A stretch of DNA of 64,000 nucleotides from Tubiluchus corallicola (taxonomy: Eukaryota; Animalia; Priapulida), in the NCBI GenBank assembly GCA_030141605.1, contig JAQGDQ010000498.1:98816-162815 (forward strand). Reading direction: 5' to 3'. The position numbers and the translations under genes were made by a program. Positions 11,560-25,587 of this stretch are shown here, piece by piece. The first letter of the stretch is position 1, and the number at the start of each line of letters is the position of its first letter. Under the pieces are notes generated by a model. It made no database searches and was not told the origin of the DNA. It saw only the letters and a program-made list of their open reading frames with translations.

Positions 11560-14520
11560 TTTAATAGTTCTCACATTATGCTTATGCAACATTAAGCCCT
11601 ATTCACACTGCATGTTTAATTAATTGATATGTATGATATTTAACTACTGGCAGTGATAGTTAATTGTATTATTTGTTAGGATGTGGGCGTCTATTAACAA
11701 ACCCCCTTTTGAATTCCGTCTGACCCGCTCTTGTCTGCCCTATCGCGGCTATAATGCAGTGGCTAAGTCAAGGTTAACGATAGTGCACAGGTGAATAAAA
11801 TTATAGCTGTTTAAGCGAGTGGCTTCTCGATGAACTTCGTTCAACACTGTTTAGATATAGACAGCAACTTGAAACAGAACGAGACAGGTCGTTTACTTGT
11901 CTCTGTGAGAGACAAAGGCTTTGTTATTAATACTGTAGTTGTCAATTTCTGAAAGCTTCTGACACTTTTAGTCTTGTCCATAACATTCGACAACTGATGT
12001 GGGGACACTTTAACACAAGTTAAAGTTCAGTTACCTGCAACTCGCTTCTAATTGTGTTAGACATACTTGGCTCTTATGGGGCTCTACTTCTATGCTGCGT
12101 GTTTTGCCTGTTAAAACCCATCCAAACATTGTCTCAGCCGCTACTGGACCTGTTTCACTTCTCCGAATATTTCCTGTTACTATGTGCCACTAATTATCGG
12201 GTCCGATTAGAATGTTAACTGGCAATGGTGTATAATGACCTTGAATGCCATCTGCCAAGGACAACCCATTGAGGTGAACCCATTTGATCATTTCCGAAGT
12301 AAAATCTTACTTCACTAATGGGGCACAAATCTTCCTCGCAGCGATGGCAGTGACAGTTACACAGCTGTCCTGATTTACAGTCGAACATAACTTCACTTTC
12401 ACTTCATTGCGAATAGTCGGTGCCGATGACTGTTCACCAAATGTTGTTATTGCTAAGCTCTGTTTTCCGAGGATACAACAAGCAGGTTTTGCTGCTAAAA
12501 TCTTCCTGTATGTATGATAATTCGCTTCCTTGGTCTAATCAAATCCGTATATCCTTCTGTGACAGCGTGTCTAAGAAAATGTTAAATTGATGTTAGGATG
12601 TTTTGCCAAGCAGTCCCACTGTCACGAGTTATACCTTGATTGACCAAAATATAGCAAAATTAGCACATGAGTCCGTGTATGACAGTATGAACAATGCTTT
12701 AGGTTTATACCTTAATTCTCTAGGAATACAATTACCCAAACAACAGGATTTTTAACAATAATAATAATAATGAGGATATTTAATTATTTTCGATTCACGC
12801 AGAAAAAAACTAATGCCGGCGTAAAAAGTTCTTTTGTAAACAAACACTTTGGAACGCAATAATAGTTAACGTGACAATATAGAAATGGTTCACATAATCA
12901 ATACGAATGTTTCAAAAATACTCAACTGGATAAACCTAATAAAATTTAGCATTTTTTTTACTCAACTTTACGGTGGCTGGGCCCAGCATAACTCTCCAGG
13001 GAGATGGATACCATCAGCAATGCTCCTACCACGTATTCGCCCGAATACCACGTTTCCTCGTTTCCAACCACGAATCGTACCAAGTTTCCTACCACGTTAC
13101 CCAATATTGCTGCCAGGACACGTCTGCCAAAACCATCAGCTCCTATGTCTCCAACAAATGACGATTGACTCCTCTAGACGGTACTGCACCGGATAATGAC
13201 ATTAAGCAACCAAACTGGAATTCAGTCTCCATAAGAGGAAGAGTTTAATGACAAGCATTCTGTACGGGAAACAACAGAGGTGTTCTATCCTGGATGGCTT
13301 CCACTGGTATTACCATCAAGAAACACAATCGGAGGTTACGTGAATAAACAAGTTTCTTTCCAAAGCCTCTCTAACCAATAACCAAATTGCCCATGAGGTG
13401 GCTTTCACTTTCGAGGCATACACACATGTTCAAAACTGGCAACATGCTATCAACAAAAATAAGCTCTTTTTACTTTGAGCAACAAAACCAGATAGACCAC
13501 GAAACTAGGCCAATACCTGGCCAGGTAGGTAAATTTGGTCATGTGACCCAGGCTCTGGTCATTCAAGCCTGTAAAGTGCTTCCATTTAATGCTACAAAAA
13601 AAATCAACTGGCAACAAAAATCACAAGTCTAACAAAACGTATTAACAATCATGGCAATCAATGTTATACCAATAATAATGAAACATTTTGGATTGTCATC
13701 AAAAATACATTAATAAAAAATAAGTCAATCAATTATTAGTAGCGCATCACCATGGACGGCTTCGGTCGTCACACCTTCGTTCCATGCATACCGATGGCAT
13801 CTACAATTGCTGTTTGTAGTATGGCCTTGCGACCTCTATCTGACTTTGTCTGAGCTGAGTCATTAGTCTTCAATGTTGCAGATACAACACCAACTGTTGT
13901 AGATACAGTTTCGCTACCTGACTTCTTTTCAGGGTTCTCAGCCGTTCCGATGTTCTTTTCACAGAATGTAGCATTGTATGATGCATCTTCATCAACACTC
14001 GACATCTGTTTTTGCTTTTACAATCTCGAACACGATGGTCTTTTAAGCAGTTGAAACACAGCTGCATTTCTTTTACCTTGTTGATTCGTTTCTCTATGTC
14101 TAAATGCTGCAGCACCGGACAAGCCACAGCCCAGTGTGAACTTGACTTGCAGATGTTGCACGCCATCTCTCGTCTATGATATGGTTCGTTATCTCGCACT
14201 CTGGTGTGAAATGCCCTTACAGTAGGCTGTTTTATGTATGGTTTATCGTCTTTTGTCGATTCATGTTGTTGCAAACACTCATGTCCGAATGCTGAACGAG
14301 ATTGTTGCACATATTCCCGTGACTCTACCTCACGCCTTGCAAACTTTAGCAAATCGTCTACTGTTGCACCCTCTACCTGTTCCAGCTTGGCAAATTCTAA
14401 ACATATATCTTCAGGCAAGAGATGCTAAAAAGAGCACCAAAAGAGTACCTTTCTGCTGTAACTCCTGCTTTTAAACCACATACGTTAATTTCTAGTTTTC
14501 AAAGGTTGTCATTGATTATG
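11560..14520 (-). mobile_element. Degenerate BEL/Pao LTR retrotransposon (gag zinc knuckles, protease remnant)
   Basis: CNICKSSSHWAVAC and CFNCLKDHRVRDCKSKNRC Pao-type knuckles; LQTA..DQGS protease remnant; PPT-like AAAAGGGGGT followed by TGT near 11700. Confidence 0.8.
12558..13773. mobile_element. 1216-bp solo-LTR-like insertion into the Pao protease
   Basis: Ends TGTGAC...GTCACA; 5-bp TSD CCTTC at 12553-12557 and 13774-13778; removal restores GMHGTK|DIRI. Confidence 0.8.
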
Positions 14521-15415
14521 GTATAAATAGTGTCCTAAGAACCAGAAATGCGGCGATGACTTCCAGAACAGAACAATTTACGTCCAGTGAACATTGAATG
14601 ATTGAGATGACGGAGCAATGGACCAGTACAGAGGAATTATCCATAATTCGTGACTGATATACGAATCGGTTACATAATCTGTTAAACCAGCAATCACCAC
14701 GCAAGATGCAAGAATTAAGAATGCAGCTATGCACAGAAATTTGCCACTTTCTCACGTCAGTGAAATTGGCTCAGAAAAAGAATTTATCACATGTGTTTCA
14801 GCGGCCGTATATATCAATTATTTGCTCCATCTTATTGGCCATTACGCAGTTGGTCACCTGATGCTCAATGTTCAGTACGGCCAAGTTAGAGACACGTGCC
14901 TGCCGCATTATATTTCTCAAGTATGTTTTCAAACGGCGAAGGGTACTGAAGGAGCATTCGGCGGAACAAGACGTTGCCGGAACAGACACTAAAATTATGA
15001 CAACCTTCGAAAAAGTTGGAAGTATAGACATGATGGAGTGTTCATGCATGTAATCAACAATGTCAGCTGCAGTTTTGAAATCAGTGCTGTCGTTTCTGAT
15101 ATAATTAAGAAAAATTGATTTTTCCAATTGGAGCAAATCACTGTCGAGACTGTAATAGTGACTTACAGTCAAGTAACTGTCCGTCTCTGATTTTTTATTA
15201 ATTACAATATCCCTGACAGCACACAGAATTTCCAAAGCCCTTCCTTTGAACCTATTCGTCATCTCGCCGATAGCGCGATCCAGACTTGCATAGAAGATAT
15301 TGATCCGAAAATGATCTTCAACTAATTGTTCTTGTATCAGCTTGTCAGGCACTTCACCTATCAGCACTTAGTGTCGTCTTGATGGTACTCAACAGCGTGG
15401 TAGGCTCGCTTCTCT

Positions 15416-18400
15416 GAATGAGAACTGTGTGTCCTCTATGAGTGGTTTAACAAAGTTGCTTTGTCCAGCTTCAGCCACATATTTTATGCACATTGCACAA
15501 TGACAGTTGTTCCATCCTGCTAACATCAGTAGTCTCATCTGATAGCAAGAGAATATCTTTACATCTCAGATGCAGTAATTCAATAAGATTTCTTCGGTTT
15601 ACGTCAGATGCATTGGATATTGTTTTCCTGTCTTCTATATGACCGCACTGCGCTATGTTCTGCTGCGCTGTGAAAACCAATGATTCTATTAGCACACACA
15701 GATACTCACAATTTTTTCGCACCATGTCTTTGTGGTTTTTATCCATCTGAATGAGAATTGAAGTTTCTTTCCTTTTGTTGGCTTCTGTCATCAACCATTT
15801 TGTCATAGCCATTTTATGCACTTCAGAACGAGAATACTTTAAGAGCCATTCCGGCTTTTTCTAGTTTTTGAAGATGAAGGATTTATCGTCTATATATCGA
15901 CTGCACGGGAAACAAACTACGTGGGATTTAGCCAGGTCGTAACTGATCCATGGATACATCTTGTACCACTCTCGACGAAGTCTCGTGGGTACTTATCACC
16001 AGCAAATGTTTTGGGACCATATTCATCCAGAATTGGTTGTAATGGGCAGTCGGTTAGATCTGTTTGTTCTAGTTGTCCGGGTGGGTCCATTACTGGTTCT
16101 GTGGGATATGCACATTCACTATTGTCGTCATCGCTGTGGACACTGGTGCTAGGAGAAATCGGCTGAGTGTTTCCTCCAAATGTCAAGTCTTCCAACCGCC
16201 ATGATACGAGACCGCCTTCAATGTTGAAGCAAGTGGTGGCCATTTCATCTATAAATGCACATGTCATATTTTAATGTAAGCACCTCAACTAAAAATGAAC
16301 TTTGCTTGCATTAAAAATTCTATTTTAGCAGATTTAAAGTTTCACACTTACCGACTTGGAAGCTTATTCAGATTGCAAAAGAATGCTAGCTGACCTATCA
16401 TCGTTCTTGCCTGTTTTTCAAGTTGTTATGTAAATAAACGTTCTAATAGACAAAAAGACAACAAACGAAAACGACACAACGGCCAATTAATTTTGTAAAA
16501 CTTTAACACAACACAGATTGCTGTACATTTAACTTTAATGTCTACAAAATGATTGAAAGCTTAAAAATCAAATCGTACAATTATATAAAAATAAATACCA
16601 TATACAAGTTTTATCACAATATAAAAAAGCAGCTGAATGAGAACTGTGTGTCCTCTATGAGTGGTTTAACAAAGTTGCTTTGTCCAGCTTCAGCCACATA
16701 TTTTATGCACATTGCACAATGACAGTTGTTCCATCCTGCTAACATCAGTAGTCTCATCTGATAGCAAGAGAATATCTTTACATCTCAGATGCAGTAATTC
16801 AATAAGATTTCTTCGGTTTACGTCAGATGCATTGGATATTGTTTTCCTGTCTTCTATATGACCGCACTGCGCTATGTTCTGCTGCGCTGTGAAAACCAAT
16901 GATTCTATTAGCACACACAGATACTCACAATTTTTTCGCACCATGTCTTTGTGGTTTTTATCCATCTGAATGAGAATTGAAGTTTCTTTCCTTTTGTTGG
17001 CTTCTGTCATCAACCATTTTGTCATAGCCATTTTATGCACTTCAGAACGAGAATACTTTAAGAGCCATTCCGGCTTTTTCTAGTTTTTGAAGATGAAGAA
17101 TTTATCGTCTATATATCGACTGCACGGGAAACAAACTACGTGGGATTTAGCCAGGTCGTAGCTGATCCATGGATACATCTTGTACCACTCTCGACGAAGT
17201 CTCGTGGGTACTTATCACCAGCAAATGTTTTGGGACCATATTCATCCAGAATTGGTTGTAATGGGCAGTCGGTTAGATCTGTTTGTTCTAGTTGTCCGGG
17301 TGGGTCCATTACTGGTTCTGTGGGATATGCACATTCACTATTGTCGTCATCGCTGTGGACACTGGTGCTAGGAGAAATCGGCTGAGTGTTTCCTCCAAAT
17401 GTCAAGTCTTCCAACCGCCATGATACGAGATCGCCTTCAATGTTGAAGCAAGTGGTGGCCATTTCATCTATAAATGCACATGTCATATTTTAATGTAAGC
17501 ACCTCAACTAAAAATGAACTTTGCTTGCATTAAAAATTCTATTTTAGCAGATTTAAAGTTTCACACTTACCGACTTGGAAGCTTATTCAGATTGCAAAAG
17601 AATGCTAGCTGACCTATCATCGTTCTTGCCTGTTTTTCAAGTTGTTATGTAAATAAACGTTCTAATAGACAAAAAGACAACAAACGAAAACGACACAACG
17701 GCCAATTAATTTTGTAAAACTTTAACACAACACAGATTGCTGTACATTTAACTTTAATGTCTACAAAATGATTGAAAGCTTAAAAATCAAATCGTACAAT
17801 TATATAAAAATAAATACCATATACAAGTTTTATCACAATATAAAAAAGCAGCTGAATGAGAACTGTGTGTCCTCTATGAGTGGCTTAACAAGGTTGTTTT
17901 GTTCAGCTTCAGCCACATATCTTATGCACATTGCACAATGACAATTGTTCCATCCTGCTAACATTCGAAGTCTCGTCAACTATGATACTGTACAGCCCAT
18001 TTTCTCGAATTTCATTAGTGATGTGATCGTGCACCATTTTCCCAACTATTTCCAACAGTTCATTCTGTGGTGCAGGAGATATCCATTGGGCATGCTGATC
18101 AAGTTTTGAGCACAATTTGTCTGATAGCAAGAGAATATCTTTACATCTCAGTTGCAGTCATTCAATAAGATTTCTTTGGTTTACATCAGATGCATTGGAT
18201 ATTGTTTTCCTGTCTTCTATATGACCACACTGCGCTATGTTCTGCTGCGCTGTGAAAACTAATGATTCTATTAGCACACACAGATACTCACAATTTTTTC
18301 GCACCATGTCTTTATGGTTTTTATCCATCTGAATGAGAATTGAAGTTTCTTTCGTTTTGTTGGCTTCTGTCATCAACCATTTTGTCATAGCCATTTTATG

Positions 18401-21400
18401 CACTTCAGAACGGGAATGCTTTAAGAGACGTTCCGGTTTTTGAAGATGAAGGATTTATCGTCCATATATCGACTGCACGGGAAACAAACTACGTGGGATT
18501 TAGCCAGATCGTAGCTGATCCATGGATACATCTTGTACCACTCTCGACAAAGTCTCGTGGGTACTTATCACCAGCAAATGTTTTGGGACCATATTCATCC
18601 AGAATTGGTTGTAATGGGCAGTCGGTTAGATCTGTTTGTTCTAGTTGTCCGGGTGGGTCCATTACTGGTTCTGTGGGATATGCACATTCACTATTGTCGT
18701 CATCGCTGTGGACACTGGTGCTAGGAGAAATCGGCTGAGTGTTTCCTCCAAATGTCAAGTCTTCCAACCGCCATGATACGAGATCGCCTTCAATGTTGAA
18801 GCAAGTGGTGGCCATTTCATCTATAAATGCACATGTCATATTTTAATGTAAGCACCTCAACTAAAAATGAACTTTGCTTGCATTAAAAATTCTATTTTAG
18901 CAGATTTAAAGTTTCACACTTACCGACTTGGAAGCTTATTCAGATTGCAAAAGAATGCTAGCTGACCTATCATCGTTCTTGCCTGTTTTTCAAGTTGTTA
19001 TGTAAATAAACGTTCTAATAGACAAAAAGACAACAAACGAAAACGACACAACGGCCAATTAATTTTGTAAAACTTTAACACAACACAGATTACTGTACAT
19101 TTAACTTTAGTGTCTACAAAATGATTGAAAGCTTAAAAATCAAATCGTACAATTATATAAAAATAAATACCATATACAAGTTTTATCACAATATAAAAAA
19201 GCAGCTGATTTCAGAAAACGTAAAATTATCTCCTCAAAATTGAGATTTTTGCTACAATCAATGGGTAAGAGGTTAACAAAGCAAAATATTAATATTGAAG
19301 GAACTTCGTAATCTCTTCCAAGGTTTTCAGATGGAGAGATCGTTCCTATAACGCTTATCGCATTACCTCTTTGACAAACGCAGGCACATGGAATTCGCAT
19401 TACCTCTTCCGAGGCACATTGAATTCGCTTATATAATGTACAAAGGAAATTTTCACCTTCATTGTCAAAGGTGCCAAAAGTTTCAATAGCAACTGGCACA
19501 AAATTCAAAGTTGGCAAAAGATTGCTGTATTTCATATACAAAAGGAAAGTCCCAGCAGCTTGAGGGGCCAACAAGTTGGAATCGTTTGTTAAAAAAAACC
19601 TCGCAGCGACGGAATGAGATCAAGCATGAAGATAGATTTTTCTGAAGAAACTGGTGGACCGGCTTCGGTCCTATTATTCCCTGCAGCCGACTAATCTTCT
19701 TGTGGATTTCCAACAGTTCATTCTGTGGTGCAGGAGATATCCATTGGGCATGCTGAGTGTTTCCTCCAAATGTCAAGTCTTCCAACCACCATGATAGGAG
19801 ATCGCCTTCAATGTTGAAGCAAGTGGTGGCCATTTCATCTATAAATGCACATGTCATATTTTAATGTAAGCACCTCAACTAAAAATGAACTTTGCTTGCA
19901 TTAAAAATTCTGTTTTAGCAGATTTAAAGTTTCACACTTACCGACTTGGAAGCTTATTCAGATTGCAAAAGAATGCTAGCTGACCTATCATCGTTCTTGC
20001 CTGTTTTTCAAGTTGTTATGTAAATAAACGTTCTAATAGACAAAAAGACAACAAACGAAAACGACACAACGGCCAATTAATTTTGTAAAACTTTAACACA
20101 ACACAGATTGCTGTACATTTAACTTTAATGTCTACAAAATGATTGAAAGCTTAAAAATCAAATCGTACAATTATATAAAAATAAATACCATATACAAGTT
20201 TTATCACAATATAAAAAAGCAGCTGAATGAGAACTGTGTGTCCTCTATGAGTGGCTTAACAAGGTTGTTTTGTTCAGCTTCAGCCACATATCTTATGCAC
20301 ATTGCACAATGACAGTTGTTCCATCCTGCTAACATCCGAAGTCTCGTCAACTATGATACTGTACAGCCCATTTTCTCGAATTTTATTAGTGATGTGATCG
20401 TGCACCATTTTCCCAACTATTTCCAACAGTTCATTCTGTGGTGCAGGAGATATCCATTGGGCATGCTGATCAGGTTTTGAGCACAATTTGTCTGATAGCA
20501 AGAGAATATCTTTACATCTCAGATGCAGTCATTCAATAAGATTTCTTCGGTTTACGTCAGATGCATTGGATATTGTTTTCCTGTCTTCTATATGACCGCA
20601 CTGCGCTATGTTCTGCTGCGCTGTGAAAACCAATGATTCTATTAGCACACACAGATACTCACAATTTTTTCGCACCATGTCTTTGTGGTTTCTATCCATC
20701 TGAATGAGAATTGAAGTTTCTTTCGTTTTGTTGGCTTCTGTCATCAACCATTTTGTCATAGCCATTTTATGCACTTCAGAACGAGAATGCTTTAAGAGAC
20801 GTTCCGGCTTTTTCCAGTTTTTGAAGATGAAGGATTTATGGTCCATATATCGACTGCACGGGAAACAAACTACATGGGATTTAGCCAGATCGTAGCTGAT
20901 CCATGGATACTTCTTGTACCACTTTCGACGAAGTCTCGTGGGTACTTATCTCCAGCAAATGTTTTGGGACTATATTCATCCAGAATTCTTTGTAATGGAC
21001 AGTCGGTTAGATCTGTTTGTTCTAGTTGTCCAGGTGGGTCCATTACTGGTTCTGTGGGATATGCACATTCACTATTGTCGTCATGAGGAGAAATCGGCTG
21101 AGTGTTTCCTCCAAATGTCAAGTCTTCCAACCGCCATGATACGAGATCGCCTTCAATGTTGAAGCAAGTGGTGGCCATTTCATCTATAAATGCACATGTC
21201 ATATTTTAATGTAAGCACCTCAACTAAAAATGAACTTTGCTTGCATTAAAAATTCTATTTTAGCAGATTTAAAGTTTCACACTTACCGACTTGGAAGCTT
21301 ATTCAGATTGCAAAAGAATGCTAGCTGACCTATCATCGTTCTTGCCTGTTTTTCAAGTTGTTATGTAAATAAACGTTCTAATAGACAAAAAGACAACAAA

Positions 21401-22450
21401 CGAAAAAGACACAACGGCCAATTAATTTTGTAAAACTTTAACACAACACAGATTACTGTACATTTAACTTTAATGTCTACAAAATGATTGAAAGCTTAAA
21501 AATCAAATCGTACAATTATATAAAAATAAATACCATATACAAGTTTTATCACAATATAAAAAAGCAGCTGAATGAGAACTGTGTGTCCTCTATGAGTGGC
21601 TTAACAAGGTTGTTTTGTTCAGCTTCAGCCACATATCTTATGCACATTGCACAATGACAGTTGTTCCATCCTGCTAACATTCGAAGTCTCGTCAACTATG
21701 ATACTGTACAGCCCATTTTCTCGAATTTTATTAGTGATGTGATCGTGCACCATTTTCCCAACTATTTCCAACAGTTCATTCTGTGGTGCAGGAGATATCC
21801 ATTGGGCATGCTGATCAAGTTTTGAGCACAATTTGTCTGATAGCAAGAGAATATCTTTACATCTCAGATGCAGTAATTCAATAAGATTTCTTCGGTTTAC
21901 GTCAGATGCATTGGATATTGTTTTCCTGTCTTCTATATGACCGCACTGCGCTATGTTCTGCTGCGCTGTGAAAACCAATGATTCTATTAGCACACACAGA
22001 TACTCACAAGTTGTTTTTCGCACCATGTCTTTATGGTTTTTATCCATCTCAATGAGAATTGAAGTTTCTTTCGTTTTGTTGGCTTCTGTCATCAACCATT
22101 TTGTCATAGCCATTTTATGCACTTCAGAACGAGAATGCTTTAAGAGACGTTCCGGCTTTTTCCAGTTTTTGAAGATGAAGGATTTATCATCCATACATCG
22201 ACTCACGGGAAACAAACTACATGGGATTTAGCCTGGTCGTAGCTGATCCATGGATACATCTTGTACCACTCTTGACTTAGTCTCGTGGGTACTTATCTCC
22301 AGCAAATGTTTTGGGACCATATTCAATCCAGAATTGGTTGTAATGGGCAGTCGGTTAGATCTGTTTGTTCTAGTTGTCTGGGTGGATCCATTACTGGTTC
22401 TGTGGGATATGCACATTCACTATTGTCGTCATCGCTGTGGACACTGGTGC
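15416..22450. repeat. Tandem segmental array of ~1.2-1.35 kb chimeric units (5 full or near-full copies plus a partial)
   Basis: Unit starts gaatgagaactgtgtgtcc at 15416, 16635, 17854, 20225 and 21570; repeated near-identical ORFs. Confidence 0.95.
19207..19575 (-). mobile_element. 3' fragment of a CRE-type non-LTR retrotransposon (restriction-like endonuclease end)
   Basis: KYSNL...FVPVAIETFGTF...QRGNAISVIGT motif. Confidence 0.7.
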
Positions 22451-23329
22451 TTGGTGCACTAAATGTAAATAGCTCGATTGATTTGCTTTCTTCACTGGAG
22501 CGAGGCTACCGATTATAGATACTTCTTTCTTTGAGTATATTTCATTTTGTTTAGCAAATTTACTATGAACTATTGTACATCATTGAATTATAATATCCCA
22601 ACTCATTCAGCTTCGTTAGTGAACTAGCCTGAACGGCTACACGAACTATATGTTAGTAATTTCGTAAAAAATATTTATGCTCTATGCAAAGTTAGCTATG
22701 AGTGTATAATAAAATGCTGAAATAAATAAATAAAAATAACATATTTAATTTAATTTTGGAGTATGTTGGTTTGTTGTCTCGCTCTGCATGTAAACAAAGA
22801 TGGCGACGTCCTGACGCTGTTCATGCAAGTGCATCTAATTATTAAAATCGCCGCTGATTCCATTCTTAGGGCATTTATTAGCTAATTTACCGTTGTCAAA
22901 GGTAAAATAGCTGTTCTTCTTCAGAACAATTAAGGCAAGGGAAGGTGAGTAAGTGTAAAACACCACACTCCCCCTTCTTAAATCCTTCATCCGCCCTCTG
23001 ATGATCCAGTCTGCACGTCAGATGGCCACCCAACTTCCACCAAAATCGAAAATATAACAAAGAAGATTAACTTACAACTTTGTTAACAGTTTTTTAAAAA
23101 AATGTATATGAATAAACATTATACATGTATAAACCTGTAAAATACAGTAAAAATATTTTTAAACAACAATAAAATATTGTCACTTTGGTGTAGTACAATA
23201 TGCAATGATATAAAATATAAGCACCAAATATGAATAATACGTTTGGCTTTCTTAATCATTTGTTACACTCTTGTACCTCATAACTACATAGTAAATATCA
23301 TCGATAAAGTTTTTATAAGCACTACAATT

Positions 23330-24116
23330 GATGTTCAGATCACTTCATACACCATTCATGGTCCTTTCAGTAACCGTTTCCACAACTACTTGGCAGCCTC
23401 CCGTAGCTGGAAGTGCCACTTCATCATCCTCGGAAGAGGAGGTGCAAGATGAGGAGGAAGTCGAGCCAGAACTCTCGATGACCATTGCTCTTTTCCTTTG
23501 GAATTTATCCCGGGACGCCTTGGTTCAGGCCGCGGCCAGGTTTTCAGGCGCTGAAGAGGTAGATAGAGTGGAAGTGAGTGGTGGCTTCTCAGCCATGCCA
23601 GATTTTTCAGCCACTGCAGTCTTCACAGAAGGTTTAGATGCATGTCTTTGTCGAAGCGATTTTAAGTTTCTCTCATGCTCTTGCCTCTCCTTCCGTAGTT
23701 GCTCTTCAAATTCTTTTTCCTTGTCCTCCAGCTTCCTCTTCCATTTCCTGTCTGTGTCATTTATAGCCCGCTTTCTTCTTTCCTCCTGTAATTTTTCCCT
23801 GATGGTGTCAAGCTCTTTCTGAAGTATGTGCTCCCGGTGGAGCAGTTCTGCTATTGTTGCGGACTCTCCAGGACTGGTTAAGGCTAACAGGATGTGGAGG
23901 TCGCAGTGAGAAATCGGGATGCGTAGGTTTTTTAATGGGTAAGTCTAGCGGATCGTCTGCCCAGGACAAGAATGGCGGTGGCGAGGACAGCGGTCTCGAC
24001 TGTTGCGGATCTGATGGACTTCTTAATTCTGTTCTCTTCTGATGTAGTCTTTTTATGTGTCTACGCAGATTCGATCTCTTTTTTGTGGTGAATCCACATT
24101 TTCCACACTGTAGCAT
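23330..24116 (-). pseudogene. Accessory ORF downstream of integrase: C2H2 finger, Pro-rich linker, Lys/Glu/Arg coiled coil; frameshifted
   Basis: ttcttttcttttacag|aaaaATG; CGKCGFTTKKRSNLRRHIKRLH; another frame continues KELDTIREKLQEERRKRA...EEQLRKERQEHER. Confidence 0.6.
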
Positions 24117-24144
24117 TTTTCTGTAAAAGAAAAGAACAGCTGGT

Positions 24145-25218
24145 TCACAAATCTAATCGTTTAAGGGGCTTAATAACCCTTTTTCCTTTTCTTTTTAGTG
24201 TTTCTGTTATGTTATTTTGTGTATCTTGGTCAACATCTTGTTCAGCTGTGACATTTTCGAAGAATTTCCCAATAACATCTTTGCCATGATCTTCATTCTG
24301 TAGAAGATCATGGTCTGCAAGCTGTTTGTCAGGAAAATTTTCCTGTGTCCAATCCCTTGGTAGCTCATCCGAATGATAAGGTTTTAAATTATCAACATGA
24401 AGCACCTTAGGCATGGAAAATTTTCTTTGCTGAATTTTAAAGAGCACCTCTGTGATCTTCTGCACAACTAAGTAAGGCCCTTGCCAGCCAAGACCCAGTT
24501 TCTTCTTAGTGGCTGGGGGATACCAGTACCATACCCATTTGCCAACATCCATGTTGAGATATTTTAAATGATGATCATAACTACATTTTTGTCTCTCTGC
24601 ACATTTATTAAGACACTTTCGTGCATACTTATGAGCCTCTTCGACTACATTCCTCACCCATTCCACATACTCATGTGGACAGGAAGATGGTGGAACAGAA
24701 TGTGGAGGAGAGCCTACCACCACATCTAAGGGAAAATAATTTTCCCTCCCAAATATCATGAGATTGGGAGAGCAACCCGTAGACGTGTGAGCAGTTGCAC
24801 GGTATGCCGTCATCACATATGGCAAATGGTCATCCCAGTCATCACGGTTTCCATTTACAAATACTGACTGCATCTGCTGCAGTGTCCTGTTGAATCGTTC
24901 AACCAATCCATCGGACTGCGGATGGTATGGGGTTGTACATGTCTTATGAATCTGCAAGGCCTCGCACACCCCCAGGAATCGCTTAGATTCAAACTCAGGA
25001 CCTTGGTCAGTGTGGATTAATAATGGAACGCCATAGCGACAGATCAATTCTGTCACCAGGGTATCTGCAACTGTATATGCCTCATGGTTAGGCAAAGCAT
25101 AAGCCTCAACCCACTTTGTAAAGTAGTCAGATACAACCATTATCACTCTGTTCTTCCTCTGAGTCTCCTCCAATGGACCCATTATATCTATAGCTATTCT
25201 CTGTAGTGGTGTACTCAC
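24145..25218 (-). CDS. Gypsy integrase (rve core and GPY/F region)
   Basis: RIAIDIMGPL, DYFTKWVEA, HTDQGPEFES, TTPYHPQSDGLVERFNRTL, WQGPYLVV. Confidence 0.95.
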   Translation of the reverse strand: MSTPLQRIAIDIMGPLEETQRKNRVIMVVSDYFTKWVEAYALPNHEAYTVADTLVTELICRYGVPLLIHTDQGPEFESKRFLGVCEALQIHKTCTTPYHPQSDGLVERFNRTLQQMQSVFVNGNRDDWDDHLPYVMTAYRATAHTSTGCSPNLMIFGRENYFPLDVVVGSPPHSVPPSSCPHEYVEWVRNVVEEAHKYARKCLNKCAERQKCSYDHHLKYLNMDVGKWVWYWYPPATKKKLGLGWQGPYLVVQKITEVLFKIQQRKFSMPKVLHVDNLKPYHSDELPRDWTQENFPDKQLADHDLLQNEDHGKDVIGKFFENVTAEQDVDQDTQNNITETLKRKGKRVIKPLKRLDL

Positions 25219-25587
25219 GAGCTGCTGTTGCAGCTTCCCAATTTTTGGCCCTTTACCTGGTTTCCTCCTTGCACAAACAGTGCAATCTCGGCACCATCTT
25301 CAGATGTCTTTTTGGTAACTAGGCCAGTAAAAACGCTGTTTTACTCTAGCCGTGCTCCGATGAAAACCTTGATGTCCACCAGTTCGGGGATAATGAAGCT
25401 CTTTAAAAACAATCACCCTCCCTTTGGATGGTACAACAAGTTGCTTGATGGGGAAATTTGGTGTTACTGGGGTTATCCAACGCCTATATAGAAATCCATC
25501 CTGTAGCCCAAGTAAGTCCCACTGATTCCAATAGGCCTTAAAGTCTCGACTTTTGCTCAGGTAGTAAGAACAGCTGCTTAGTCCTTC

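Larger units (their letters stand above)
14798..22520 (-). mobile_element. Degenerate hAT transposon (ZMYM1-like/DUF4371 transposase) with its 5' part tandemly amplified
   Basis: hAT dimerization domain VPATSCSAECSFSTLRRLKTYLR (14798-15367); repeated NWKK...HSRSEVH, WISPAPQNELLE, YSIIVDETSDVS. Confidence 0.9.

Noticed and set aside
23328-23822. Ser/Phe-rich + strand ORF
   Set aside because: Antisense shadow of the Lys/Glu-rich accessory ORF
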